Notes under the pieces: model-generated
Databases searched by the model: none
The model's input: the letters and a program-made list of their open reading frames with translations, nothing else
What the model was told of the DNA's origin: nothing
NCBI GenBank assembly: GCA_964586235.1
Contig: CAZPIO010000004.1
Span: forward strand, 8,402 to 72,401
Origin: an uncultured Planctomycetales bacterium
GTDB lineage: Bacteria > Planctomycetota > Phycisphaerae > UBA1845 > PWPN01
Reading direction: 5' to 3'
DNA length: 64,000 bases
Shown here: positions 1 through 9,047 of the stretch, in pieces
Position numbering within the stretch: the first letter of the stretch is position 1
How the letters are laid out: every line of letters starts with the position of its first letter
Translations under genes and position numbers: made by a program

Positions 1-716
1 GGCCCGCAACAGAGCAGCCCCTGCTCCAACAGGCACTTGTCCGGGTCGGGAATGATCTCCCAGGTGCGTTTGAAGCCCTTGATCTTTTTCTCTTCCCGCT
101 TCCGCTCGCACTCATCGCAAACCGTGGTCTGAGCCCCGATCACGGAACCGGGCGGCGGCAGCTTGCCCTCGAGTATCGCCACGACCGCGTCCCAGATGCG
201 CGGTGCTTCCGGAGGACAGCCCGGAAGGTAGTAGTCCACGGCCACCGTCTGCCCGAGCGTTCGAAGCGTGTCGTAGAAGACCGGCAGCGTCAGATGGAAC
301 CCGTTGACCTGCGTCTCCGGCAGGGGCACGACGCCCTCAGGATTGTCAGCCGAGGGGCTCTCGAGGTAGCAGGCCTCGAAGATCTCCTTGCGGTTCGTGA
401 GGTTGGCCAGGCCGGGGATGCAGCCCTCGGACGCGCAAGAACCGAAGGCCACCAGGACTTTCGACTTCTGCCGCAACAGCCGGGCCATGTATTCCTGCTC
501 GCTGGTGCGAATGCCGCCGTTGAACAGGCAGACGTCGATGGCCCCGTCGGCCATTCTCTCGATGTCGCGGGCCTTGGTATCCATGATGCACGGGCAGAAC
601 ACGATGTCGAAGGCATTGGCGACGTCGAGGATCTTCTCGTTCAGAGCGAGGATCGAGATCTCGCATCCGCCGCAGGATGCGGCCCAGTAAATGGCGAGTT
701 TGCCCTTGTCACTCAT
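1..716 (-). CDS. mvhG: MvhG-like [NiFe]-hydrogenase small (FeS) subunit, 3' end truncated by the window edge
   Basis: Absent from the ORF track because no stop lies in the window. Manual translation from the ATG at 716 gives MSDKGKLAIYWAASCGGCEISIL...FNGGIR...AFGSCASEGCIPGLAN...LPGCPPE...TVCDEC...CLLEQGLLCCG. The ATG overlaps the mvhD stop (ATGA). Confidence 0.9.
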   Translation of the reverse strand, partial: MSDKGKLAIYWAASCGGCEISILALNEKILDVANAFDIVFCPCIMDTKARDIERMADGAIDVCLFNGGIRTSEQEYMARLLRQKSKVLVAFGSCASEGCIPGLANLTNRKEIFEACYLESPSADNPEGVVPLPETQVNGFHLTLPVFYDTLRTLGQTVAVDYYLPGCPPEAPRIWDAVVAILEGKLPPPGSVIGAQTTVCDECERKREEKKIKGFKRTWEIIPDPDKCLLEQGLLCCG

Positions 717-1210
717 TGCGGCACCTCCATGGCTTCCGCGTGCTCGTGCAGAATCTTCTCCACGTCATCCAGATGCGCGCCGTCCTCGGCCCAGTTCCGC
801 GACCAGTTGAGCGGGCCGAGCGTGCGGACGTCCTCGACCATCTCGTCGATCGCCTCGGCCAGGTGGGTTGCCTCGCCGGCCGAGGCCCAGACCAGCCGGA
901 CCCGCCTGGGATCGATCCCCAGGCCCTCCAGCGTGTGCTTGAGCATGGTGAACCGCCGGATGGTCTTGTAGTTCTGTTCGATGTAGTGGCACTCTCCGGG
1001 GTGGCAGCCGGCGATCAACACCCCGTCGGCCCCGAGCGAAAGGGCCTTGAGGATGAAGGTGATGTCCACCCGCCCGCTGCACATCAGGCGGATGACCCGG
1101 ACGTTCGGCGAATGCTTGATCCTCGCCGTGCCCGCTCCGTCGGCGGCCCGGTACGAGCACCAGTTGCAGAAGAAGCCGACGATCTTCGGTTCGAACTGTT
1201 CCCGCTGCAT
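713..1210 (-). CDS. mvhD: MvhD/FlpD-type [2Fe-2S] hydrogenase delta subunit
   Basis: FEPKIVGFFCNWCSY, MCSGRV and GCHPGECHY motifs. Start moved from the track's 1375 to the ATG at 1210, which has a TAGGAG RBS overlapping the hdrA stop. Confidence 0.93.
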   Translation of the reverse strand: MQREQFEPKIVGFFCNWCSYRAADGAGTARIKHSPNVRVIRLMCSGRVDITFILKALSLGADGVLIAGCHPGECHYIEQNYKTIRRFTMLKHTLEGLGIDPRRVRLVWASAGEATHLAEAIDEMVEDVRTLGPLNWSRNWAEDGAHLDDVEKILHEHAEAMEVPQ

Positions 1211-1220
1211 GACAAGACTC

Positions 1221-3278
1221 CTACACAATAGCCGGCTCGGACGGCGTCTCGGCCGGACCGGGTGCCGCTTCGGTCCCTCCACCCGTATCCCGAAGAAGGC
1301 CTTCAAGCTCGGCCAGGATCTGCGTATTGCTGAAGTGGGCCCCGGTGATGGCCCCGGCCGGACAGGCCGCCACACAGGTGCCGCAACCTTTGCACAGCAC
1401 CGCGTTGACTTTGCTCACCTTATCGTCTTCGACGAACTCGATCGCGCCGAACGGGCACAGGTTGTTGCAGATGCGGCATCCCGAGCAATGGTCGGCGTCG
1501 ATGGTGGCGACCACCGGCTCGATCAGGACCGTTCCCTTGCTGATCATGCCGTCCACACGTGCCGCCGCCGCAGCTCCCTGGGCCACGGCGTCGGGGATGT
1601 CCTTGGGACCCTGGCAGGCGCCGGCGATGAAGATCCCTTCGGTCATGGTCCCGATCGGGTCGAGCTTCGGGTGACGCTCGATGTACCAGCCCGCCATGCT
1701 GCACGAGATCCCGACCTTGAGCCCCGTCTCACGGGCGTCGCGGCGCGGTTCGAGAGCCCCCATGAGCACCACCATGTCCACCGGGAGCCGCCGCTGCTTG
1801 CGCAGCAGCGTGTCCTCGACCTGAACAATGAGCTTGCCTTCCTCGCTTGGCGAGCGGGCCACCTCGGTGACTTCGGCCACCTTGCCCCGGATGAAGAGCA
1901 TGCCCTCGGCCAGCAGCCGCCAATAGAACTCCTCGTAGTCCTTCTTGTTGGGACGCATGTCGATGTAGCAGGCGTACACTTTCGCCTCGGTCTTCTCCAT
2001 GACCAGGTGGCCCAGCTTCAGCGACAGCATGCAGCAGATGCTCGAACAGTAGGTGTTGTAGCGCTGGTCCCGGCTGCCAACGCAATGCACGATGCACACC
2101 GATTTCGGCTCGGTCACGCCATCGCGAAGCACGATGCGGCCGCCGGTGGGGCCGGAGGCGTTGCACATCCGCTCGAACTCCAGGCTGGTGAACACGTTGG
2201 CCAGACGGCCGTAGCCGTACTGTGGGATGCGCCGGCAGTCGAACATGTCCCAGCCAGTCGCCAGGATGATGTTGCCGACGTCGACCTCGAGTATCTCGTC
2301 CTGCTGTTCGAAGTCGATGGCATTGGTGGGGCAGACCTTCTCGCAGACCCGGCACTTGCCGCGCTCGAACCAGATGCAGGCCTTCGTGTCAATCACCGGG
2401 ATCTTCGGGACCGCCTGCGGAAACGGCGTGTAGATCGCCTTGCGGTATCCCATCCCTGCCTCGAAATCCTCGTCGACGGTTTTGCGAGGGCATTTCTCGA
2501 TGCACAGCCCGCAACCGGTGCAGGTCTCATCCTTGACGTGGCGTGCTTTCTTGCGGATGCGGACGTGGAAGTTGCCGATCGAGCCGGACACCTCCTCCAG
2601 CTCCGAGTAGGTCAGCAGCTTGATGTTGTCGTGCTGTCCGACCTCCGACATCTTGGGCGTCAGAATGCAGGCAGCGCAGTCGAGGGTCGGGAACGTCTTG
2701 TCGTACTGGGCCATGTGGCCGCCGATGCTGGGATCGCGCTCCACCAGGTACACCGGGTAGCCGGCGTCGCCCAGTTCCAGCGCCGCCTGGATGCCGGCGA
2801 TACCCCCGCCCACCACGAGCGTGTGCGGGTTGACCGCAACGGGCATCGGCTCCAGCGGCTGGTGGTGCTTGACCCGCTCGACGGCCCCGGCCACGAGCGA
2901 TTTGACCTTGTCCGTCGCCGTCTCCTTGTGCTTGGTCACCCAGGAGACGTGCTCGCGGATATTGGACATCTGCAGCAGGAACGGGTTCAGGCCCGCGTTC
3001 GCGCAGGCACGGCGAAACGTCTTCTCGTGCAGATGGGGCGAACACGCCGCCACCACCACGCGAGTCAGGCCGTGCTCCTTGACGTCGTCCCGGATCATGG
3101 TCTGCCCGAGCGAGGAGCAGAGGAACTTGTAATCCCGCGACACGACCACCCCGTCCAGATTCTCACCCGCCCAGCGGGCGACCTCCTCGACGTCAACCAC
3201 CGCGGCGATATTACTGCCGCAATGGCAGACGTAAACGCCCACTCGCTCTTTCTCTTTGTGGCATTCTTGTCCAGCCAT
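1221..3278 (-). CDS. hdrA: Heterodisulfide reductase subunit A family FAD/FeS protein
   Basis: GVYVCHCGSNI, VVAACSP, GGGIAG Rossmann motif, FPTLDCAACILTPKM, inserted ferredoxin (CTGCGLCIEKCP, CRVCEKVCP), HCVGSRD, CSSICCM and a C-terminal ferredoxin (CSGCRICNNLCP, CKGCGTCVAACP). The ATG at 3278 has an AGGAGG RBS. Confidence 0.95.
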   Translation of the reverse strand: MAGQECHKEKERVGVYVCHCGSNIAAVVDVEEVARWAGENLDGVVVSRDYKFLCSSLGQTMIRDDVKEHGLTRVVVAACSPHLHEKTFRRACANAGLNPFLLQMSNIREHVSWVTKHKETATDKVKSLVAGAVERVKHHQPLEPMPVAVNPHTLVVGGGIAGIQAALELGDAGYPVYLVERDPSIGGHMAQYDKTFPTLDCAACILTPKMSEVGQHDNIKLLTYSELEEVSGSIGNFHVRIRKKARHVKDETCTGCGLCIEKCPRKTVDEDFEAGMGYRKAIYTPFPQAVPKIPVIDTKACIWFERGKCRVCEKVCPTNAIDFEQQDEILEVDVGNIILATGWDMFDCRRIPQYGYGRLANVFTSLEFERMCNASGPTGGRIVLRDGVTEPKSVCIVHCVGSRDQRYNTYCSSICCMLSLKLGHLVMEKTEAKVYACYIDMRPNKKDYEEFYWRLLAEGMLFIRGKVAEVTEVARSPSEEGKLIVQVEDTLLRKQRRLPVDMVVLMGALEPRRDARETGLKVGISCSMAGWYIERHPKLDPIGTMTEGIFIAGACQGPKDIPDAVAQGAAAAARVDGMISKGTVLIEPVVATIDADHCSGCRICNNLCPFGAIEFVEDDKVSKVNAVLCKGCGTCVAACPAGAITGAHFSNTQILAELEGLLRDTGGGTEAAPGPAETPSEPAIV

Positions 3279-3334
3279 CGATCTGGCCTCCTGTCGGGCC
3301 GCGCGCTGCGGGCCCGCCAAACTGAAACTCGGCC

Positions 3335-5368
3335 TCAGGTGCCCGCTCTCACCTCTGCCTCGGCCGGCGCGGTCGCCGGCTCCTCGCGTGTCACCTCTTC
3401 AACCAGTTCAATCAGGTCCTTCACGATGATCCTGCGTTCGAGCCCGGCGGTCTTGACCGCATCGCGGTACATGGTCAGGTCCTTCGGGCAGGCGACCACG
3501 AAGACACCCACGCCTTCCAGTGCTGCTGCCTCGCGGATCCGATTCTCGCTGGGCCGCTCCTTGACCGTGCCCTCGTCCATCCAGATCCGCCCGCCGCCGG
3601 CCCCGCAGCACAACGCCCGGTCGCGGTTACGCGGCATCTCCACTACCCGGCAGCCGATTGCCTGCAGCACGCGCCGGGGGGCATCGTACACGTCGTTGTA
3701 ACGCCCCAGGTAGCACGGGTCGTGATAGGTGACGGCGCAGCCCAGCTTGCGCCGAATCGTCAGCGTCCCATCGGTGACGGCTCGGTCAATGAGCTCCGAG
3801 TAGTGAAGAACAGGAACGTTCCGGCCGTCCCAGGGATACTCGTTCTTCAGCGCGTTGTACGTGTGAGGGTCGGTGGTGACGATCTCCTGGAACTCGCACT
3901 TGCCCATGACCGCGGCGTTTTTCTGAGCGAGCAGTTCGAACAGTCCCTCTTCGCCGGCCCGCCTCAAATCATTCCCCGCGTTGCGCTCGCCGTCGTACAA
4001 CAGGCCGAAGTCGATCGTGGCCTGCTGAAAGACGCGGGCAGTCGCCTGGGTGATTTCGGTCAGGGCCGGACTGTACGAAGCATAGTCGCCCACAAACCAG
4101 AGGGTCCGCGCCGGCTGCTTGCGAATGTCCTTGATCTTGAAATCCAGGCCGGTTGTCCACTTGGCCCGCTGCTTGTCCGATTTGCCGAACGAGTTGCCGT
4201 ACCGCCGCAAACTCTCCAGCGCACTGGTCAGCGTCTTGTCGGCCCGCTGTTGACTCAGCAGGTACCGCCGCATGTCCACGATCGGCTGGACGTGCTCGAC
4301 GAACAGCGGACACTCCTGGTCGCAGGCGTAGCAGGTCGTGCATGCCCAGATCGCCTCATCCGCGATCGCGTCGCCCGCCAGTCGCTTCTGGAGCACCGCA
4401 TCGCGATCGGGGGAGGCACCGTCCCGGGCGACCAGCGCCCGGCCGCGTTCAAACAGATGGGCACGCAGCCCCATGATCAGCAGCTTCGGCGAGAGGACGG
4501 CACCGCTGCTGTACGCCGGGCACACGTCCTGGCACCGCCCGCACTCGCTGCATGTGTACCAGTCCAGCATCTGGCGCCAGGTGAATTGTTCGATCTTCTC
4601 CACACCTTCAGAGCCGTCGGTCCGTGCCGGGGGGGCCAGCCTGCCGGGAGGTGCCAGATTGCGCAGGAGCACGTTGAAGACCGAGGTCACGACGTGGAAA
4701 TGCTTGCCGAGGGGCAGCATCGTCAGGAAAACCAGCACGGTGCCAAGGTGGATCCACCAGCAGACGCGCTCGGCGATGTGCTGGCTGTGGGCCGACAAAC
4801 CCTCGAAGAGCTTGCCTGCCAGTGCGGAGATCGGCTGCCAGGCCCGCGGCGAGCTCGCCGCCCCGAGGTTCTGCCGGATGCCGTTCTCGCAAAGCAGCGT
4901 TACCATGATGATGAGGATGAAGCAGAGCACCAGCGTGCCTTCGCCCTGGTGACTGCCCTTGTATCGTTCCGGTCGGGCGATCAAGCGGTAGTACAGCCCG
5001 TACAGGACGCCGAGGATGACCGTCAGGGCGATCAGGTCCTGCAAGAGCAGGAACGGCGCGAAAGTCGTGAAGAACGGCAGAGCAAAACCGGGGAACAGGC
5101 CCTCCACCATGGCCTGCAGGATGGTCGGGATGAGAAGCACGAATCCCCAGAAAATGAAGAAGTGCGCCAGACCCGTCCCGGGAAAGCGGAAGATGCGCGC
5201 CTGACCGGCCACAAAGACCAGCACGGATTTCAACCGCTCGCCCCAGTTCCCGAATGGCCCGGCCGGCCGGCCCAGACGCATGTGCCGGAATCGCTGGTAT
5301 ACCCGATACCCGAAAATGCCAAACGAGACGATCAGACCCAGCAGCACCAGGACGGATGTGAGCGTCAT
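3335..5368 (-). CDS. Membrane-anchored NarI-like/FeS/CCG-domain oxidoreductase (HdrF/FadF/ETF:menaquinone oxidoreductase-like)
   Basis: Hydrophobic N-terminal helices with histidines (AHFFIFWGF, WWIHLG, KHFHV); two [4Fe-4S] motifs (CSECGRCQDVCP, CTTCYACDQECP); CCG region (YHDPCYLGR, CCGAGGG, VACP). Lies next to etfAB. The ATG at 5368 has a GAGGA RBS. Confidence 0.85.
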   Translation of the reverse strand: MTLTSVLVLLGLIVSFGIFGYRVYQRFRHMRLGRPAGPFGNWGERLKSVLVFVAGQARIFRFPGTGLAHFFIFWGFVLLIPTILQAMVEGLFPGFALPFFTTFAPFLLLQDLIALTVILGVLYGLYYRLIARPERYKGSHQGEGTLVLCFILIIMVTLLCENGIRQNLGAASSPRAWQPISALAGKLFEGLSAHSQHIAERVCWWIHLGTVLVFLTMLPLGKHFHVVTSVFNVLLRNLAPPGRLAPPARTDGSEGVEKIEQFTWRQMLDWYTCSECGRCQDVCPAYSSGAVLSPKLLIMGLRAHLFERGRALVARDGASPDRDAVLQKRLAGDAIADEAIWACTTCYACDQECPLFVEHVQPIVDMRRYLLSQQRADKTLTSALESLRRYGNSFGKSDKQRAKWTTGLDFKIKDIRKQPARTLWFVGDYASYSPALTEITQATARVFQQATIDFGLLYDGERNAGNDLRRAGEEGLFELLAQKNAAVMGKCEFQEIVTTDPHTYNALKNEYPWDGRNVPVLHYSELIDRAVTDGTLTIRRKLGCAVTYHDPCYLGRYNDVYDAPRRVLQAIGCRVVEMPRNRDRALCCGAGGGRIWMDEGTVKERPSENRIREAAALEGVGVFVVACPKDLTMYRDAVKTAGLERRIIVKDLIELVEEVTREEPATAPAEAEVRAGT

Positions 5369-5405
5369 GACACGATCCTCTGCAAGTCCCAACAGCGCGG
5401 CCGCC

Positions 5406-6377
5406 CTAAGCCCGGTTCAGCTTCTCCACCAGTACCGGCATGAGTTTGAGTGCGTCACAGGTCGTGCCGTAGTGAGCGACGTCGAAGATGGGTGCTTTCG
5501 CGTCGGTATTGATGCCGATCATCAGATCGGCGTCCGGAACGCCTTCCACGTGCTCCGGCGCGCCGCTGATGCCGAGTGCCAGGTAGAGCTTGGGCTTGAC
5601 CTGCTTGCCGGACTTGCCGACCAGCCGGGTCATGGGCAACCACCCCTGGTCGATCACCGGGCGAGACCCCGCGACCACGCCGCCCAGCGCCTTCGCCAGC
5701 CTTTCGGCGAGGGCAACATTCTCCTTGTTCTGCATCCCGCGTCCCACCGAAACGAGGATCGCCTGCTTGGAGATGTCCACGTCCCCGGCCGGCGGCTCGA
5801 TGTACTGCTTGAAGCGGGTGCGGGCGGCGTCGAGATCGGCGGGCGCGGGCAGGCTCTCTACCGCCGAGGCCCTCGCGACCTTGCCCTCGTCGGCCTTGTA
5901 GCCCCCCGTCATGACGGTTGCCAGACAGCTTGGTGGCGGAAGGGGCCCTTCGGCGATGATCTTGCCGCCGCAGATCAAGCTGGAGTAAACCGGATTGTCG
6001 CCGACGACGGCAAATGTCCTGCACGAGACGGCGATCGGCAGGCCAAGCCGCTGGGCCACTCCACAGGCCAGATCCGTGCCCATCGCGGTGTGCCCGAAGA
6101 GTCCGATCCGCGGTTTCTGCCCGCCGAAAGCGTCCGCGACCACTCGAAGAAAGGCGTCCGGGTTGAACTCGGCCAGCGCGGCATGATCCACGCACAGCAC
6201 CCGGTCAGCAGCCCCCAACGCTCCCGCCATCTTCTGGACCTCGTGCCCGATCAGCAGGGCCGAGAGCTTGGTCTTCAGCCCGTCAGCCAGTCGACGCCCG
6301 GCGGCGAGCATCGTGCACGTCAGTTCGGTCACTTCGCCTCGAAGAGTCTCGACGACAACGCAGACTTCGCCAGTCAT
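5406..6377 (-). CDS. etfA: Electron transfer flavoprotein alpha subunit
   Basis: LVSVGRG, VAGSRPVID, LVGKSGKQVKPKLYLALGISGAPEH and INTDAKAPIF motifs. Start set at 6377 (GGGAG RBS); the track gives 6392. Confidence 0.93.
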   Translation of the reverse strand: MTGEVCVVVETLRGEVTELTCTMLAAGRRLADGLKTKLSALLIGHEVQKMAGALGAADRVLCVDHAALAEFNPDAFLRVVADAFGGQKPRIGLFGHTAMGTDLACGVAQRLGLPIAVSCRTFAVVGDNPVYSSLICGGKIIAEGPLPPPSCLATVMTGGYKADEGKVARASAVESLPAPADLDAARTRFKQYIEPPAGDVDISKQAILVSVGRGMQNKENVALAERLAKALGGVVAGSRPVIDQGWLPMTRLVGKSGKQVKPKLYLALGISGAPEHVEGVPDADLMIGINTDAKAPIFDVAHYGTTCDALKLMPVLVEKLNRA

Positions 6378-6392
6378 GATGATATCTCCCAT

Positions 6393-7163
6393 CTACGCGA
6401 CCACGCCGCGATCGCGCAATAAGCCCGCAAGAGTCTCCGCAACCTTCTGGACATCTCCCTCGATCATCTCCGCGTGGGCGCCGGTCTCGGGAACGGACAT
6501 CCGCGAGACCGTTACACCGCCCTCGACCGCCTCGCCGCTCGCCTCCGCCTCGTCGATCGTGGCCGACTTCATTGCCTCCATCACCTTGCTGGTCACGATG
6601 TACCGGGGCGGCTTTTCGGCGGCCTGGATGCCAAGGACGGCCGGCTTGTTCACCTCGATGTCGGCGTTCAGCCCGCCCGGGTATTCCTTGCGGGCGATGA
6701 CTGTTCCGTTCCGGGCTTCGACCCTGGTGACGTAGCCGACGTAGGGCAGGCCCATCTCCTCGGCGAGCAGGGCCCCCACGAATCCGTCCAGATCATCCAC
6801 CGCCTGCGTTCCGGTCAGGATCAGATCGCAGGATGTCTCTTTCAAAACGTCCTGGAAGATCGAACTTAACCTCCGGTTGCTCACTCCCTGGTCGAAACCT
6901 TCGCCGGTGATCTTGACCACCTTGTCTGCCCCCTTGGCCACGGCGGTATACAGGGTCTCATCCACGTCACCGGAGTCGATTGTCAGCACGGTGACCGTTC
7001 CGCCGTGCCGCTCCTTGAGCAGCAGGGCTTCCTCCAGAGCGTGGTCATCCAGCTCGTTGGGGATCAACCGCAGGAACGATCGGTCCAGCAGCCCCGACTG
7101 AGAGTCGATCTCCAGATCTTCCACCAGGTCGGGCACGAACTTGATCAAAACAACGATATTCAT
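6393..7163 (-). CDS. etfB: Electron transfer flavoprotein beta subunit
   Basis: MNIVVLIKFVPD, NELDDHALEEAL, LILTGTQAVDD and PRY motifs; AGGAGG RBS. Confidence 0.93.
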   Translation of the reverse strand: MNIVVLIKFVPDLVEDLEIDSQSGLLDRSFLRLIPNELDDHALEEALLLKERHGGTVTVLTIDSGDVDETLYTAVAKGADKVVKITGEGFDQGVSNRRLSSIFQDVLKETSCDLILTGTQAVDDLDGFVGALLAEEMGLPYVGYVTRVEARNGTVIARKEYPGGLNADIEVNKPAVLGIQAAEKPPRYIVTSKVMEAMKSATIDEAEASGEAVEGGVTVSRMSVPETGAHAEMIEGDVQKVAETLAGLLRDRGVVA

Positions 7164-7174
7164 CGCGCTGCCTC

Positions 7175-8368
7175 CTAGCCGAAAGCGGCTTCCGCAAGAA
7201 GTTCGACCACGTCCTTCACGACCAGCTTGCCTTCATTGCCGGTGCTCTTGACCGCGTCCTCGAATCGAGGCGTCTCGTAGGGGCAAGCGACGGCCAGTAC
7301 GTCGGCACCCGCAGCGATGGCCTCGCGTACACGCCATTCGGAGGTGCGGGTGCCGGTCTTTTCCCACGAGAAACCGTCCAGCCACATCCCGCCGCCCCCG
7401 CCCCCGCAGCAGATGCTCAAGGCCCGGTTGTGCGACATCTCCACCAGTTCCACCCCTGGAATGGCCTGAAGGAGCTGGCGCGGCTCCTCGTAGATGTTGT
7501 TCTCGTTCGCACGGCCGAGATAGCACGGGTCATGATAGGTCACCCGCATCGGCCCCCGGTTCTTCAGCCAGGACCCCAACTGTTTGATGTGCTCGAGCAG
7601 GAACTGTGTGTGATGCTTCACAGGGAAATTGAGCCGGAGGCGGGGATATTCGTACTTCAGAGCGTTGTACGCGTGCGGGTCGGCGGTCAGTATCTCCTTG
7701 AACGTGTATTTGGCCATGGCCTTGGCGTTCTTGCGGGCGAGCAGCTCAAACAGGCCCCACTCGCCGGTGAACGCCTGCGTGTCCCCGTCGCTGCTCTCCT
7801 CCGGGCCAAGGATGCCGAAATTCACCCTGAGCACGTGCAGGACCTTGGCCATCGCCTTGGTGACCAACTGGACGCGTGGGTGATAGGAGCCGTAATCGCC
7901 GACGAACCACAGCACGTCTACGGGTTCCTTGTGGTTGGCCAGTATTGGCACCGGCACGGTGAAATCCTTGGTCCAGTCGGCCCGCTTCCGCGGCGACTCG
8001 CCGAGGGCGTTGCCGTAACGGCGGGAGTTGCTCAGTGCGGTCTGCAGCTCCTGCGGGATGCTCCCGCCGACGAGCATTTCCGTCTTCAGCGTCGCCAGCA
8101 GCCCCCGGGTCAGCGGGATCTTGACCGGGCAGACGCTTGCGCAGGCAAAGCAGGAGACACACAGCCAGATGGTGTCGCTCTCCAGCACCCCGTGCCAGTC
8201 GTCGGCCCGGAGGGCGGCGATCAGCGACCGGGGCGGGTGGTCCATGGCAAATCCGTATGGACAAATGCCGCTGCATGTCCCACACTGGAGACATTTGCGG
8301 ATGTATTCGCCGTCGGGGGTAGCCCGGATCACCTTGTCGAGAAACTCGTATGAGGTCATGACCGACAT
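7175..8368 (-). CDS. Soluble HdrD-like (Fe-S)-binding protein (HdrC-like ferredoxin plus CCG region)
   Basis: CLQCGTCSGICP and CVSCFACASVCP ferredoxin motifs, then YHDPCYLGR, ICCGGGGG and VACPYE. GAGGTG RBS. First gene of the operon. Confidence 0.88.
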   Translation of the reverse strand: MSVMTSYEFLDKVIRATPDGEYIRKCLQCGTCSGICPYGFAMDHPPRSLIAALRADDWHGVLESDTIWLCVSCFACASVCPVKIPLTRGLLATLKTEMLVGGSIPQELQTALSNSRRYGNALGESPRKRADWTKDFTVPVPILANHKEPVDVLWFVGDYGSYHPRVQLVTKAMAKVLHVLRVNFGILGPEESSDGDTQAFTGEWGLFELLARKNAKAMAKYTFKEILTADPHAYNALKYEYPRLRLNFPVKHHTQFLLEHIKQLGSWLKNRGPMRVTYHDPCYLGRANENNIYEEPRQLLQAIPGVELVEMSHNRALSICCGGGGGGMWLDGFSWEKTGTRTSEWRVREAIAAGADVLAVACPYETPRFEDAVKSTGNEGKLVVKDVVELLAEAAFG

Positions 8369-8460
8369 CTTGGGACACCTCGCGTTTGGAGGAGCTGCAT
8401 GCGCTCCCGATGATGGACGGACCGCGTTTTACGCGCTGAAACCGGCTCTTGCCGACTGCC

Positions 8461-8565
8461 CGCGCAACAACAACGACAGCGGGGCGCCGCGCCGACCGGA
8501 ACTGACTGGCCACCCGATTGACGCGCTTCGGGCCTGCCCCGCTGTCGTTTACAGGATGTTGCGCG
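8461..8565. other. Large imperfect inverted repeat in the operon leader
   Basis: CGCGCAACA (8461-8469) pairs with TGTTGCGCG (8557-8565). AACGACAGCGGGGC (8472-8485) pairs perfectly with GCCCCGCTGTCGTT (8536-8549). The loop is 50 nt. Confidence 0.75.
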
Positions 8566-8767
8566 AAGGCTTCCCGAAGCAGGGCGTCGATGGCCAATCT
8601 CAGCCCGGCGGATGTCAGTCCCGCGGCCAGTCCCCGGTTCGTGAATCCGTGATGAAACGCATCGCGCACAGCCTGTCGTTTGTTGGGTGTGCTGAGGGTT
8701 CAGAGATGAACCACGCGGCGTCGAGAGCCGGTGATCAAGGTCGCCAGATACGGCGCGCACGCTCCAC

Positions 8768-8795
8768 GTAGCCATGGGGTGGCCTCCCACGGCTT
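8768..8795 (+). repeat. Single GTAG-headed REP-like hairpin
   Basis: GTAGCCATGGGGTGGCCTCCCACGGCT; the stem AGCCATGGG/CCCACGGCT resembles the arms at 25637-25717. Confidence 0.4.
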
Positions 8796-9029
8796 CGACC
8801 GGACGGTGTGCTGGTCGAGAGCCCGAAGTCTCTTTAGTCGATCGCCCGCGCACATCCTGAGCGCGCCAGCACTTCACTGGCTGCGCCCCCGCGGGCTGAG
8901 TCATCTTCAACTAACATTCAAACAAAAAACGCAGTCGACGGGCTCGCTCGGACAGACGCGAGCACTTCCGCCGGGAATTCCACCCACGCGGCCGCTCGCT
9001 TCGCCGTCGCGGATATACCTCGGCGGTCT

Positions 9030-9047
9030 TCGTGAAATCTTTCACAA
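9030..9047. promoter_or_regulatory. Rex (NADH/NAD+ sensor) operator
   Basis: TCGTGAA-ATCT-TTCACAA is one mismatch from the Rex consensus TTGTGAA-N4-TTCACAA. It abuts a -10 box upstream of a redox operon. Confidence 0.75.

Noticed and set aside
1047-5443. Long plus-strand ORFs 1047-3701 (884 aa) and 3722-5443 (573 aa), and similar ones such as 25929-27704, 23929-25206 and 58598-60994
   Set aside because: They are antisense shadows of well-supported genes in high-GC DNA, with no motifs, no RBS and atypical composition.
713-8368. Possible selenocysteine recoding in HdrA, MvhD or MvhG, as seen in some homologues
   Set aside because: All expected ligand positions are Cys codons in open frames, and no in-frame TGA needs read-through.
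8639-8656. Second Rex-like half site TCGTGAA in the leader
   Set aside because: The right half (TGATGAA) does not match TTCACAA, so there is no palindrome.
8356-8910. 184-aa minus-strand ORF filling the operon leader (and overlapping ORFs 7746-8669 and 8028-8771)
   Set aside because: No RBS or recognisable motif, Arg/Ser/Gly-rich random-looking composition, and it spans REP and hairpin sequence.
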